From Patescibacteria group bacterium (lineage in GTDB: Bacteria; Patescibacteriota; Microgenomatia; UBA1400; UBA1449), in contig JBMNOG010000001.1 in the NCBI GenBank assembly GCA_050942955.1, positions 4,347-68,346 of the forward strand: a DNA stretch of 64,000 nucleotides, read 5' to 3'. The notes below the pieces were generated by a model. It ran no database searches, had not been told where the DNA came from, and saw only the letters and a list, made by a program, of their open reading frames with translations. Of the stretch, positions 9,352 through 19,152 are shown in pieces. Made by a program: the position numbers and the translations under genes. How positions within the stretch are numbered: the stretch's first letter is position 1; each line of letters starts with the position of its first letter.

Positions 9352-9687
9352 ATGTTCCTAACTAACCTCCTTATTAGTGGTTTAGCAGTTTTTGTTACTG
9401 CATATATTTTGGACGGAGTAGTAGTAGATAACTATCTTGTGGCCTTGTTAGTTTCAGTACTGCTTGGTTTAGCTAATGCTGTTTTAAAACCCATTCTTCT
9501 TATTTTCACATTACCTATAAATATACTCACTTTGGGTCTATTTACCTTTGTAATCAATGCAATTATGGTAATAATTGTGAGTAGTGTAGTTGCCGGTTTT
9601 ACTGTCACCAACTTCTGGTGGGCTCTACTTTTTAGTTTACTCCTGTCGGTGGTTAATTCAATTCTCCTGTCTCTGGTGAAAAAGTGA
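9352..9687 (+). CDS. 4-TM YvlD/DUF360 ('phage holin superfamily IV') membrane protein
   Basis: NAVLKPILLIFTLPINILTLGLFTFVINA and FWWALL motifs. Confidence 0.9.
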   Translation: MFLTNLLISGLAVFVTAYILDGVVVDNYLVALLVSVLLGLANAVLKPILLIFTLPINILTLGLFTFVINAIMVIIVSSVVAGFTVTNFWWALLFSLLLSVVNSILLSLVKK

Positions 9688-9725
9688 ATTTGAGGAACAG
9701 AACCTTAGGGTCCAAAAAAGGGATT

Positions 9726-10373
9726 TTAATTAAGTTTTACAGCATCTTCCACTGTAAATTCTCCAACTCTAATTCTCTCAAGTTCGCTGACATACCCACC
9801 TGTCCCCAGAACTTCTCCGATATCCCGTGCAAGAGAGCGGATATAAACACCGGGACCAGTTACTACCTTGATTGTTAGTTTTGGCCAGGAGTAATCGAGC
9901 ACTTGTATATTTTTTATCTCAACGTTCCGAGGTTTAAGTTCAACTACCTTACCTTTTCTTGCAAGCTTATACGCCGCCTCTCCCTTAAGTTTTGCGGCGC
10001 TGAATATTGGCGGCACCTGTGTAACGTCCCCCTTAAATTGGGCAACTGCCATCGAAACCTCAGGAAGGGTGGGGGGGTGACTAATCTTGTGGGATTGCTT
10101 TTCTCCCTCCGCATCATCAGTTGAGCTTGTAACTCCCAGAGTAACCTCGGCCAGGTACTCTTTTTCTTTTGCAACTTCCAGATGGAGCTTTTTTGTAGCT
10201 TCACGGCCGATACCAATAACTAATACCCCAGAAGCTAGAGGGTCAAGAGTCCCAGCATGTCCGATCCTGCGAACACCGGTCCTTTTGCGTAAGATATCAA
10301 TAACATCATGCGACGTAATTCCCTTAGGTTTATAAACAGGAACAATTCCTGTCAGTTCTAAAGTACCAGCCAT
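9726..10373 (-). CDS. truB: tRNA pseudouridine(55) synthase (no PUA domain)
   Basis: KPKGITS, GHAGTLDPLASGVL, KEY, QVPPIFSA, GVYIRSLARDIG. Confidence 0.96.
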   Translation of the reverse strand: MAGTLELTGIVPVYKPKGITSHDVIDILRKRTGVRRIGHAGTLDPLASGVLVIGIGREATKKLHLEVAKEKEYLAEVTLGVTSSTDDAEGEKQSHKISHPPTLPEVSMAVAQFKGDVTQVPPIFSAAKLKGEAAYKLARKGKVVELKPRNVEIKNIQVLDYSWPKLTIKVVTGPGVYIRSLARDIGEVLGTGGYVSELERIRVGEFTVEDAVKLN

Positions 10374-10375
10374 AG

Positions 10376-10675
10376 TTAGCCCCTATTCATAATTTTAATG
10401 ATTTTGTCAAAGTCATCATTTTCGTTTGTTTTATTTCTCTTTTTCCAACCACACCGAATGCAGGAGTGGATAACAGTAAATTCTCCTCTCTTACTATCAA
10501 TACCAACCGGTTCCATCAGACCCTTGCAGTCAGAGCGTCTATCTCCGGGATTGATATCTACGTGTTTACTCCACAAGCATTTTGGACAATGGTTTGTATA
10601 ACCATTCCCCTTAACCCGAAAACCGCAGTGCTCACAAATAAAGTCTTCAATCGTTCTTGTAAATCTCTTAGACAT
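10376..10675 (-). CDS. RNHCP domain zinc-binding protein
   Basis: FICEHCG...YTNHCPKCLWSKHVD..PGDR..C.GLM.P...HSCIRCG. Confidence 0.9.
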   Translation of the reverse strand: MSKRFTRTIEDFICEHCGFRVKGNGYTNHCPKCLWSKHVDINPGDRRSDCKGLMEPVGIDSKRGEFTVIHSCIRCGWKKRNKTNENDDFDKIIKIMNRG

Positions 10676-10679
10676 ACAT

Positions 10680-11327
10680 TTAGTTAACAATCTCTACCAG
10701 TTCGCTAAAATCGTTAATCACATAATCAGCAGACACCTTAGTCAAAGTAAGATTATTTTGAAAACTATTGGTTTTCGATCTGTACCAGACGGTAGTTATT
10801 CCCGCACCTTTCCCAGCCAGAATGTCTTTATCTAAATCGCCTACCACTAGCGTCTGGCTTTTGTTTGCACCTAAAAGAGCAACTGCTTTTTCAACAATTT
10901 CAGGGTGGGGCTTACCCTGCTTTACATCTTCAATTCCTAAAACAACATCAAACATTCCAGTTAGCCTGTTATGAACAATTGATTTTTCAACTGCCTGTCG
11001 GCTTGAGTTAGTCACAATGGCTAGTTTCTTGCCTCTCTGCTTCAGAACTTTTAGTGTTTTACTGGTATTGCTGTTTAGGTTTGCTTGAATTACTTTAGTT
11101 TCAGCGACCTTTAGTAATTTTTCATTGAAATCAGTAAGGTTTTGTATACCAAGTTGTGCCGGACCTTCCCAGTCACCTAACACTTTCTCAGTAAAAGCAT
11201 GACGGGTAAGCGCAACACCATATTGCTGGAACAGTTTGCGATACGCTTCATACCATAGTTCAAGGCTGTCGCCCAAGCAACCATCCCAATCGAATAATAT
11301 ATATTCAAATGTCTTTTGAGTATTCAT
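10680..11327 (-). CDS. HAD-family phosphatase (Gph/PpaX-like)
   Basis: FDWDGCL motif I, VTN, KPHP, VGD..KDI.AG. Confidence 0.92.
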   Translation of the reverse strand: MNTQKTFEYILFDWDGCLGDSLELWYEAYRKLFQQYGVALTRHAFTEKVLGDWEGPAQLGIQNLTDFNEKLLKVAETKVIQANLNSNTSKTLKVLKQRGKKLAIVTNSSRQAVEKSIVHNRLTGMFDVVLGIEDVKQGKPHPEIVEKAVALLGANKSQTLVVGDLDKDILAGKGAGITTVWYRSKTNSFQNNLTLTKVSADYVINDFSELVEIVN

Positions 11328-11427
11328 GTTTTTATGTTCTATGCACTACAACTTGGATGCTAACTTACATTTGACCGCAAGTATTATACCCCTTACTATT
11401 ATTCTATTACCAAATATCTAATGTACT

Positions 11428-13566
11428 ATGGATTTTCCAACTTCTCATATACCTAATCCAACTAACTCTAAAGATAATATGTCACCTAAACCCATTCAAA
11501 AGTCTCTTTTCCCCATAAAAACTACTTTTACTTACTTGACTTTGATCATACTAGTTATTGGCATTTTTTCATTTGCACAGACTTTTCTTGGCTCAATGCT
11601 GCAAAAGCCAAGTAACTCTCCAAGCCCATTAGAACATCAAAAACCAAAGCTGGAAAAATTTAGCTCAATAGAAGAGTTTAAGGCATACCTTTCCAAGGCT
11701 GATGCCACTACTAACACAGCAGCCTTCAATATGGCAATACCTACAGCCCGTTCAAGCATGCAGGAAGATATGGCTATTAATGCTCCTACAGGAGCGCTAA
11801 ATGAGGGAATAGCATTAGAAAAATCAGTTGCAAGCCGGGTTTCCGAAACGAATGTCCAGGTAAAAGGTATTGATGAGCCGGATATTGTTAAAACAAATGG
11901 AAAGCAGATTTTCTTTTCATCCCTGTTTCCTTCCTATCAGGTTTTCAAACGTTTAATTCGTTCTGATATTGTCCCAGCTAACACCATCCTGCCCAGTGAG
12001 GAAAATAGTAAGACTAGAGTCATTTCTGCTTTTCCTGTTGATGAGCTAGCTGAAAAAACCCAGCTAAAGGTGGGAGGAAACCTTGTTTTAACTGATAAAG
12101 TTCTCGTAGTTATAAGTAATGATAATAAAATATACGGATATGATATTCAAAACCCGGAGAATCCCACAGAGAAATGGCAGCTTAAGCTGGAAGATAACCA
12201 TTACCTAAGTACCGCTAGATTACTTGATAATACAATCTATCTCATCACCCAAACCCATATAGACCGCTCGAACCCCTGCCCAGTTAAACCTTTGGCAGAT
12301 TCTGTAACTATTGCCTGCGATGATATTTATCACCCCTCTGCTACAGTGCCCGTAAATACCACTTACACTGTTATGGCTGTTAATGTAGAGAGCGGTACAG
12401 TGGAAAAGAGCACAGCTTTTGTCGGGTCTTCAAATGCTTCTGTGATTTACATGTCTCCAAAAGCCATCTATGTCTCATACTCATACACTGGCGATATGGT
12501 TGCATTTACATATAACTTCTTTACGGAAAAAGGGAGTGACCTAATTTCTCAAGATACTCTTGAAAGGATTAATAAACTAAGAACGTACGACATTAGCAGC
12601 CAGGCAAAACAGATGGAGCTAGGCTTAATTCTTGAAGAATATCGGCAATCTCTCAGCAGTGATGAGGCTCTCAAATTTGAAAATGAGATGACAAACCGTA
12701 TGGAAGACTACAGTAAAGCCCATATGCGCGAAATGAGTAAAACCGGTATTGCAAAAATTGGTATTGACTCTTTTGTAGTCGAGGCTAACGGAGAAGTGCC
12801 GGGCTATCCTTTGAATCAATTTTCGCTTGACGAACATGAAGACAACCTTCGTATTGCAACAACAATAAGTTCCAGCGGATTTTCCATGAGAGGCGGGAGT
12901 GAAAGTGTTAATGATGTTTACGTTTTAAACAGCAAATTAGAAATGCTTGGCTCGGCTCTTGATTTGGGAAAGGGCGAACGGATTTATTCAACTAGGTTTA
13001 TTGGTGATAGAGGGTACGTAGTCACATTTAAACAAATTGATCCCTTTTACGTTTTGGATCTTTCCAACCCTAAACAACCCACGGTTAAAGGCGAACTTAA
13101 GATTCCCGGATACTCTTCCTATCTCCATTCTTTAGAGGAAAATGTTATCTTGGGCATCGGAGAGGAAGATAACAAGGTGAAGTTATCGGTCTTTAATGTT
13201 CAAGACCCATCAAATCCTGAGGAAATTTCAAAGTACATACTAGATGAGTACTGGTCTGAAGCTGGCAACAACCATCATGCTTTCCTTCAGGATGATAAGC
13301 ACAAAGTCTTTTTCCTTCCAGGCGGAAAAGGAGGGTATGTTTTTAGTTATGAAGGTAACGAGCTTAAACTGCAAAAAGCGGTTAGCGATGTTATAGCAAA
13401 AAGAGCGCTCTATATTGATAACTACCTTTACATTTTGGCCGAAGACAAGGTGGTTGTTTTAGATGAGAAAAGTTGGGAAACAGTAAAAGAGCTGGATCTG
13501 GACGCTACAGCCCCTACTCACGAGTCACCACAACCAATACCTGAACCAAACATTTTACCTGAGTAA
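11428..13566 (+). CDS. Membrane-anchored beta-propeller domain protein (Beta_propel family)
   Basis: TM; SETNVQVKGIDEPDIVKTNG, LNQFSLDE, GERIYSTRF, QIDPFYVLDL, GELKIPGYSSYLH. Confidence 0.9.
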   Translation: MDFPTSHIPNPTNSKDNMSPKPIQKSLFPIKTTFTYLTLIILVIGIFSFAQTFLGSMLQKPSNSPSPLEHQKPKLEKFSSIEEFKAYLSKADATTNTAAFNMAIPTARSSMQEDMAINAPTGALNEGIALEKSVASRVSETNVQVKGIDEPDIVKTNGKQIFFSSLFPSYQVFKRLIRSDIVPANTILPSEENSKTRVISAFPVDELAEKTQLKVGGNLVLTDKVLVVISNDNKIYGYDIQNPENPTEKWQLKLEDNHYLSTARLLDNTIYLITQTHIDRSNPCPVKPLADSVTIACDDIYHPSATVPVNTTYTVMAVNVESGTVEKSTAFVGSSNASVIYMSPKAIYVSYSYTGDMVAFTYNFFTEKGSDLISQDTLERINKLRTYDISSQAKQMELGLILEEYRQSLSSDEALKFENEMTNRMEDYSKAHMREMSKTGIAKIGIDSFVVEANGEVPGYPLNQFSLDEHEDNLRIATTISSSGFSMRGGSESVNDVYVLNSKLEMLGSALDLGKGERIYSTRFIGDRGYVVTFKQIDPFYVLDLSNPKQPTVKGELKIPGYSSYLHSLEENVILGIGEEDNKVKLSVFNVQDPSNPEEISKYILDEYWSEAGNNHHAFLQDDKHKVFFLPGGKGGYVFSYEGNELKLQKAVSDVIAKRALYIDNYLYILAEDKVVVLDEKSWETVKELDLDATAPTHESPQPIPEPNILPE

Positions 13567-13594
13567 GGCTGTAGAAAAAAACACTATTAAATCA

Positions 13595-13622
13595 AGAAAG
13601 CCCCGGGAAACCGGGGCTTTCT
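13595..13622. terminator. Bidirectional intrinsic terminator between convergent genes
   Basis: AGAAAGCCCCGG-GAAA-CCGGGGCTTTCT perfect 12-bp stem. Confidence 0.85.
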
Positions 13623-13643
13623 AATGTGTAAAGAAGTGATTTT

Positions 13644-15056
13644 TTAGACAACTGTAAGTAAGGTTAACGTATTTGTTCCTCCGGGGTACTGCCAGTTAAG
13701 ACCGTGAATTACTAGAAGTTTCTGACCTTTTTCAATAAGCTTTTTTTTCTTAAGTTCATCAAATACTTCTTTTGGCAGGGAGTAATCACCTCGAGGATAA
13801 TCTATACAAAAGGGTTGAACCCCATAAGAAAGTGTTAGTTTTTCCACGGTCTTCTGTGAACGTGATACGGCAATAATAGGAAACTTCGGCCTGCAAGCCG
13901 AGAGAACTCTGGCGGTATATCCAGTTTCAGTAAACACAACCGCCCCATCGACTTTAGGATGGTTCTCAGTATCAAGCATTGATTCGGCAGCATGGATTAT
14001 AAGACCTGTAACATCCTGAGCATGATCTTTACATTTAATCCGGCTTTTCTTTTCTGTATACTCAGCAATTCTAGCCATGTGTTGAACCGCTTTTACCGGA
14101 TACTTACCTGAAGCACTTTCTGCCGAAAGCATAACTGCATCAGTCCCATCAAAAACAGCGTTGGCTACATCCACAGCCTCAGCCCGCGTAGGGCGGGGGT
14201 TTTCAATCATAGATTCCAACATTTGTGTAGCTGTAATCACAGGTTTGTTGTATTTGCGGCATTCAGTAATAATATGCTTCTGCCAGTAAGCCAATTGTTC
14301 AATGGGAACTTCGATTCCTAAGTCTCCTCGGGCCACCATAATCGCATCAGAAGTCTGGATAAGTTCATCCAGGTGATCAATTGCTTCCTGGCTTTCAATT
14401 TTAGCCATAATCAACGCATCTATATGGCGCTTTTCCATTTCTTGTCTCAGAATCTGGATATCTTTTTTAGTTCTACTAAAAGACAGGGCCACAATATCGA
14501 CTTTTGCTTTCCCAGCCATATCAAGTTTTCTAAGATCATCCTCAATAAGAGAAGGCAGATCAATCTTCTTGCCCGGAAGATTCACTCCTTTTCTATGCTT
14601 GATAACATAATTTCCTTGTGCTTCCACAACAACACTATGATCTCTTACCTCAACGACAGCAAACTCCAAAAATCCGTCTGCAACTAGAATTGTGTCGCCA
14701 ACCTTTAACGTTCCAAAAACAACATCATGAGGAATACAAACATTTACATCCTCTGCAAGGGTATCGGCAAAAACAACTCTTTCACCTTGCTTAATCGGAA
14801 CATCCTGGTGATCTCTAGTTTCAATACGAATTTCTGGCCCCTGAAGGTCAATAAGAATACCTACTGAAACCCTCATTTCATCTGCCACTTTTTGTACCAT
14901 ATTTATCCGCTCATGATGCCAAGCAATATCTGCATGTTTCATGTTAAAGCGAAAAACGTTTACCCCTGATTCAATCAGTTGCTTAACTGTTTCAGGGTTG
15001 TCAGAAGCTGGACCTAGAGTAGCCACAATTTTGGTTTGCTTAAAATTCATAGTCAT
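13644..15056 (-). CDS. pyk: Pyruvate kinase
   Basis: TKIVATLGPAS, DLQGPEIR, AKIE, MVARGDLG, ATQMLESM..NPRPTRAE. Confidence 0.98.
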   Translation of the reverse strand: MTMNFKQTKIVATLGPASDNPETVKQLIESGVNVFRFNMKHADIAWHHERINMVQKVADEMRVSVGILIDLQGPEIRIETRDHQDVPIKQGERVVFADTLAEDVNVCIPHDVVFGTLKVGDTILVADGFLEFAVVEVRDHSVVVEAQGNYVIKHRKGVNLPGKKIDLPSLIEDDLRKLDMAGKAKVDIVALSFSRTKKDIQILRQEMEKRHIDALIMAKIESQEAIDHLDELIQTSDAIMVARGDLGIEVPIEQLAYWQKHIITECRKYNKPVITATQMLESMIENPRPTRAEAVDVANAVFDGTDAVMLSAESASGKYPVKAVQHMARIAEYTEKKSRIKCKDHAQDVTGLIIHAAESMLDTENHPKVDGAVVFTETGYTARVLSACRPKFPIIAVSRSQKTVEKLTLSYGVQPFCIDYPRGDYSLPKEVFDELKKKKLIEKGQKLLVIHGLNWQYPGGTNTLTLLTVV

Positions 15057-15254
15057 ATTGATTAAAAAATATTAATAAGTTTGACAAAAAGTAATTATAG
15101 AGGAGTTATCAATTAAGTTCAATTATGTGTTTTAAATATGTATAAACCAAAATTTAGTCTATCCACAACCATAATTATGTCAAGCCAATCAGGGGAATCT
15201 GGTTTTTCAAATACTAACATTATATAATCTAATAAGATATATTCTTAAGTACCT

Positions 15255-15764
15255 ATGTCCGAAAAAGTTTGTGCTTATTGCCATCAGAAGATTGATAGTT
15301 CAACAGAAAAATGCCCAAGGTGTCAAGCAAAACTAAGTTGGTTTGCTAAACATCCCGTTTTAACCGGGATTATTACTACAGCAGCGCTGACTGCTGTAAT
15401 TTTTATTTCCAATGCTAGTCTCCATAACACAACCCAAGGGGAAGTGCTTTCAGTAGAAGATACCATCCTTGTAAACACAATGGTTTTTATTGAAGCTTTT
15501 GATAGAGATTATATTAAAGCCAGTCAGGAGTACTTGGGCAAATTAATCCAATTTAACGCGATTGCTTACCGGCTTGAAGAAACTCCAGACACTATTGATA
15601 GTTACCTTAAACCCAGTGTCACACATGCAGGAACTGTCCTTAAATGTTCTTTTAGTAAAGACCACTCAACTCTTACTAAAGATGAAGCTTACACAATTCA
15701 GGGAATAGTTGACAGTTTTGAATCCGGAATTATTACTCTTACAAACTGCAGAGTTATCGAGTAG
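15255..15764 (+). CDS. Zinc-ribbon + TM + OB-fold (tRNA_anti-like) protein
   Basis: CAYC...CPRC, hydrophobic segment, C-terminal YLGK...LKCSF...TIQG...LTNC pattern. Confidence 0.6.
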   Translation: MSEKVCAYCHQKIDSSTEKCPRCQAKLSWFAKHPVLTGIITTAALTAVIFISNASLHNTTQGEVLSVEDTILVNTMVFIEAFDRDYIKASQEYLGKLIQFNAIAYRLEETPDTIDSYLKPSVTHAGTVLKCSFSKDHSTLTKDEAYTIQGIVDSFESGIITLTNCRVIE

Positions 15765-15823
15765 CTTTATCACGTATCCTAATTTCTTTTCCTGACTTTC
15801 TGTTTCATTGTTATAATTGAGTA

Positions 15824-16525
15824 ATGCAGAAAATTTTCCTTCTCCATGGTTGGACACAAAGTAAGGACACACCCCAAAAATGGGAGCCTTTTATTAAACT
15901 TCTTAGGAAGCGGGGCATTGAACCAGTGCTTCTGAAACTTCCAGGCCTGACAACACCGCTTAAGGAGGTGTGGACTCTTGAAGATTATGTCCAGTGGTTA
16001 AAAAAGGCTCTATCTAAAGAAACCACCGTTACTCTTCTGGGACATTCTTTTGGGGGACAGATTTGCATCCGCTTTACGGCTAAATACCCTGAGAAAGTTA
16101 AAAAACTTATTCTTCTTGATAGTGCTGGTATTAGAAATAACACTCCTCAGGCAGTTATTAAACGAACTGTTTTCTTAGTCTTAGCTAAAACTGGCAAAGC
16201 AGTGTTTAGTAATGAAAGTTTGCGTAAAGCTCTGTATAAAGTTGCCAGAGAACACGATTACGAGAAAGCTTCGCCAATCCTCAGGAAGACTTTTATCAAT
16301 GTGTTAAATACAGACGTTACCGAAAATCTTAAACACATCCATTGTCCTACTACGATTATTTGGGGAGGACAGGATAGAACCACACCTACGTTTATGGCAC
16401 GTAAACTTCATAGCGCTGTTGTCAATAGTTCGCTTCACTATATTGCTAACGCTCGGCACTCACCTCAGTTCACTTGTCCAGAGGAAGTTGCTGAGATTGT
16501 TGCTAAGTTTGTAAAGAGTTCATGA
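15824..16525 (+). CDS. Alpha/beta hydrolase
   Basis: LHGW, GHSFGG nucleophile elbow, WG..D, C-terminal His. Confidence 0.92.
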   Translation: MQKIFLLHGWTQSKDTPQKWEPFIKLLRKRGIEPVLLKLPGLTTPLKEVWTLEDYVQWLKKALSKETTVTLLGHSFGGQICIRFTAKYPEKVKKLILLDSAGIRNNTPQAVIKRTVFLVLAKTGKAVFSNESLRKALYKVAREHDYEKASPILRKTFINVLNTDVTENLKHIHCPTTIIWGGQDRTTPTFMARKLHSAVVNSSLHYIANARHSPQFTCPEEVAEIVAKFVKSS

Positions 16526-17952
16526 TTTATCTTATCGTTTCTACTGTTGCTACGTTCATACACTGGCTGAGATGGCTGGCGCTTTTCCAACAGAAAGAAT
16601 ATCGGTCTGACAGACTCCTGCTTTTTCTTAAAACCAAAGAGGGGCTAAAAGACTTCTTTTTACCTTGGTCAATTTCATTAAGACGTTTACCAAATCTCTC
16701 GGATTTCAAAAGACCAAGATGGACAATGAGAATTTTTGTTGTCAGCTTGTTAAGTCTTTTGCTTATAGGCGGGGTACTAGTTTTTACAAATATGAGCAGG
16801 CAGAGATGGTGGACCTATTTGTTTGCCTATTTATCTCTTCCTCTGGCTATCTACGTAGCTAATGTGCCTGCTGTTGGTGTTAGTAAAATCCTGACACACA
16901 TCACACTTAAACGTGCAAAGACGAAAATTAAACAACATAATCCACTTATTATTGGCATTACTGGAAGCTATGGTAAAAGCTCTACAAAACACCTGCTTAC
17001 TCACATCTTTTCTCAAAGTCAGCCAGTGTTTACCACTCCAAAGTCATATAACACTCTTTACTCAGTAGCTAGAGCTATAGTCGACAATTATCAAGGTGAG
17101 ACCATTGTAGTTTTGGAATATGGAGCCTATACCAAAGGAGAAATAAAGCATCTAGCTTTTCACTTCCCACCTTCTGTGGCAGTTGTTACCGGCATTACTT
17201 CTCAACATTTAGGACTTTTCGGTTCAATTAAAGAGATAATTAAAGCAAAATCAGAACTCATTAAAGCTTTGCCACCCCAAGGTATTGTCTTTTACAATAG
17301 CGCTGATGCTCATGTGAGAAGAATGTGTACCAGCACAAATAATACTTCTTATCCGTTTGGAAGCCAAAACAGTAATTCTGTTTTAAAAGATATCCAGGTT
17401 GACCAACATGGATATCTTTCGTTTTCTCTAGATGGAAAGAGAGTGTCAACAAAGCTTGTTGGGGAGCACTACATTTCTAACATTGAGGCCGTAATTGCTA
17501 TCAGCAAGTACCTTAAGATGCCAGTAAAAAAAATCACTAAGGGCTTTGAAACCTTTACCCCAACACCAATGTTTGTGCAAAGTAGAATACTAAAATCTGG
17601 AACTCTGTTGATTGATGACGGCCATACTACAAACCCCAAAGGCTTTGAAGCTGCTATTCAATTAATTAAAGAGATAGATAAACCACGTAAAATTCTTCTA
17701 ACCGGAGGGCTTGTCGATCTAGGAATAGAATCTAGCAATATCCATAACAAACTCGCCTGCCAAGCGGAAGTAGTCTTTGACACTGTTCTTTACATCAGCC
17801 AAGATGGAAGTAAGGAGTTTAAGCAAGTGTTTAGAAATCGTTGTATAACAGAAGAAGTTAAAATTAATAAGGTTTTAGATAGTCTGAACTCAGATACAGT
17901 CATATTAATTGAAGGACATATTAAACCTGAGCTCATAAAAAGAATTTCATAA
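16522..17952 (+). CDS. murF: MurF-like Mur ligase with N-terminal membrane segments
   Basis: GITGSYGKSSTK P-loop, SYNT, VLEYGA, HLGLFGS..AKSEL, LIDD..TNP.G; N-terminal FQQKEY + TM. Confidence 0.8.
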   Translation: MIYLIVSTVATFIHWLRWLALFQQKEYRSDRLLLFLKTKEGLKDFFLPWSISLRRLPNLSDFKRPRWTMRIFVVSLLSLLLIGGVLVFTNMSRQRWWTYLFAYLSLPLAIYVANVPAVGVSKILTHITLKRAKTKIKQHNPLIIGITGSYGKSSTKHLLTHIFSQSQPVFTTPKSYNTLYSVARAIVDNYQGETIVVLEYGAYTKGEIKHLAFHFPPSVAVVTGITSQHLGLFGSIKEIIKAKSELIKALPPQGIVFYNSADAHVRRMCTSTNNTSYPFGSQNSNSVLKDIQVDQHGYLSFSLDGKRVSTKLVGEHYISNIEAVIAISKYLKMPVKKITKGFETFTPTPMFVQSRILKSGTLLIDDGHTTNPKGFEAAIQLIKEIDKPRKILLTGGLVDLGIESSNIHNKLACQAEVVFDTVLYISQDGSKEFKQVFRNRCITEEVKINKVLDSLNSDTVILIEGHIKPELIKRIS

Positions 17953-17955
17953 ATT

Positions 17956-19152
17956 ATGCAACCAATTTTTAACTCTCTCGGTTCAAACTATCCTCTCTCT
18001 TTCATCTTTCTGGCGTTAAGGCAGATAGTTAGAAACAAAAGAGGCAAGCAAAAAGACTCAGATACTTTAAAAAGCATCTTAGAAAAACAGTTTGGAGGAA
18101 AATGTTACCTTTTCTACAAAGGAAGGGATGCCATTGAGTATAGCTTGAAAGCAGTAGGTATTAGAAAGGGAGATAGTGTTATCATCCAAGCATTTACCTG
18201 TTATGCCATTGAGGAAAGTATTGTCAGAAGTGGAGCAACACCTGTGTTTGCAGACCTTGCTAGCAATAGTCTCAATCCCACACTAGAAACTCTGGAAAAA
18301 GCCTATAGAAAAGCTAAAAAACCTAAAGCCGTACTAATTCAGCATACACTTGGGTTTCCTGCAGAGATATGCAAGATTAGGCGGTGGTGCAACAGAAAAA
18401 AATTATTGCTTATCGAAGACTTAGCTCAGGCATTCGGAGGGAAAGGGGATGATAACAAGGTTCTCGGAACTAACGGAGACATCGTAATCCTATCTTTTGG
18501 AAAAGACAAAATTCTTGACGGAGTATCAGGTGGAGGCTGTGTCATTAAAATATCCCATAATCATATACAGATTTCCTCAAGAAGGGTAGAGGAGGGACAG
18601 GTTGTTAAAGACATGTTTTATCCTTTAGTTACCTGGGTTATTAGAAGAACATATCTATTAGGCTTAGGAAAATTGCTTCATGAAGTCGCAAGGTTGACGA
18701 AGCTAATAGTCTCACCAGTTGTTTCTTATTCTAAAGAGCCACTTGCTCTGCCAGAACATTATGCTGCCTTAGTTTTGCATCAGTTAAATGAATTGGATAA
18801 GCAGTTAGCGCACCGAAGAGCTATCGCAAAGTTGTATGCAGTCAAACTCAGGGGTGGTCAAATTCAACTTAAAACCCTCACCAAAGCCTCAAATCTGCGT
18901 TTTCCTGTTACTGTTAGTCAACCTGATAGTCTTACAAAGTACTTGAGAGTAAAAAATATTTATATTGAAGATAGATGGTATAAAAGAGCTGTTGATTGTG
19001 GATCTTTATGTTGTAAGACTGTATACAAAAATGGAGAATGTCCTAATGCTGAAAAGTGGGCCGCTACTATTATTAACCTACCCACTCATAAATCTATTAC
19101 TAAAAAAGAGGCGAGTAAAATAATCCAAGTTATTAACCAGTGCATTTCTTAG
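17956..19152 (+). CDS. DegT/DnrJ/EryC1/StrS-family PLP-dependent aminotransferase
   Basis: QAFTC, GATPVFAD, IEDLAQAFG, SFGKDK, INLPTH. Confidence 0.88.
   Translation: MQPIFNSLGSNYPLSFIFLALRQIVRNKRGKQKDSDTLKSILEKQFGGKCYLFYKGRDAIEYSLKAVGIRKGDSVIIQAFTCYAIEESIVRSGATPVFADLASNSLNPTLETLEKAYRKAKKPKAVLIQHTLGFPAEICKIRRWCNRKKLLLIEDLAQAFGGKGDDNKVLGTNGDIVILSFGKDKILDGVSGGGCVIKISHNHIQISSRRVEEGQVVKDMFYPLVTWVIRRTYLLGLGKLLHEVARLTKLIVSPVVSYSKEPLALPEHYAALVLHQLNELDKQLAHRRAIAKLYAVKLRGGQIQLKTLTKASNLRFPVTVSQPDSLTKYLRVKNIYIEDRWYKRAVDCGSLCCKTVYKNGECPNAEKWAATIINLPTHKSITKKEASKIIQVINQCIS

Noticed and set aside
9352-9687. 'Holin' as evidence of a prophage
   Set aside because: The YvlD/DUF360 family is commonly chromosomal; no endolysin, capsid, terminase or integrase nearby
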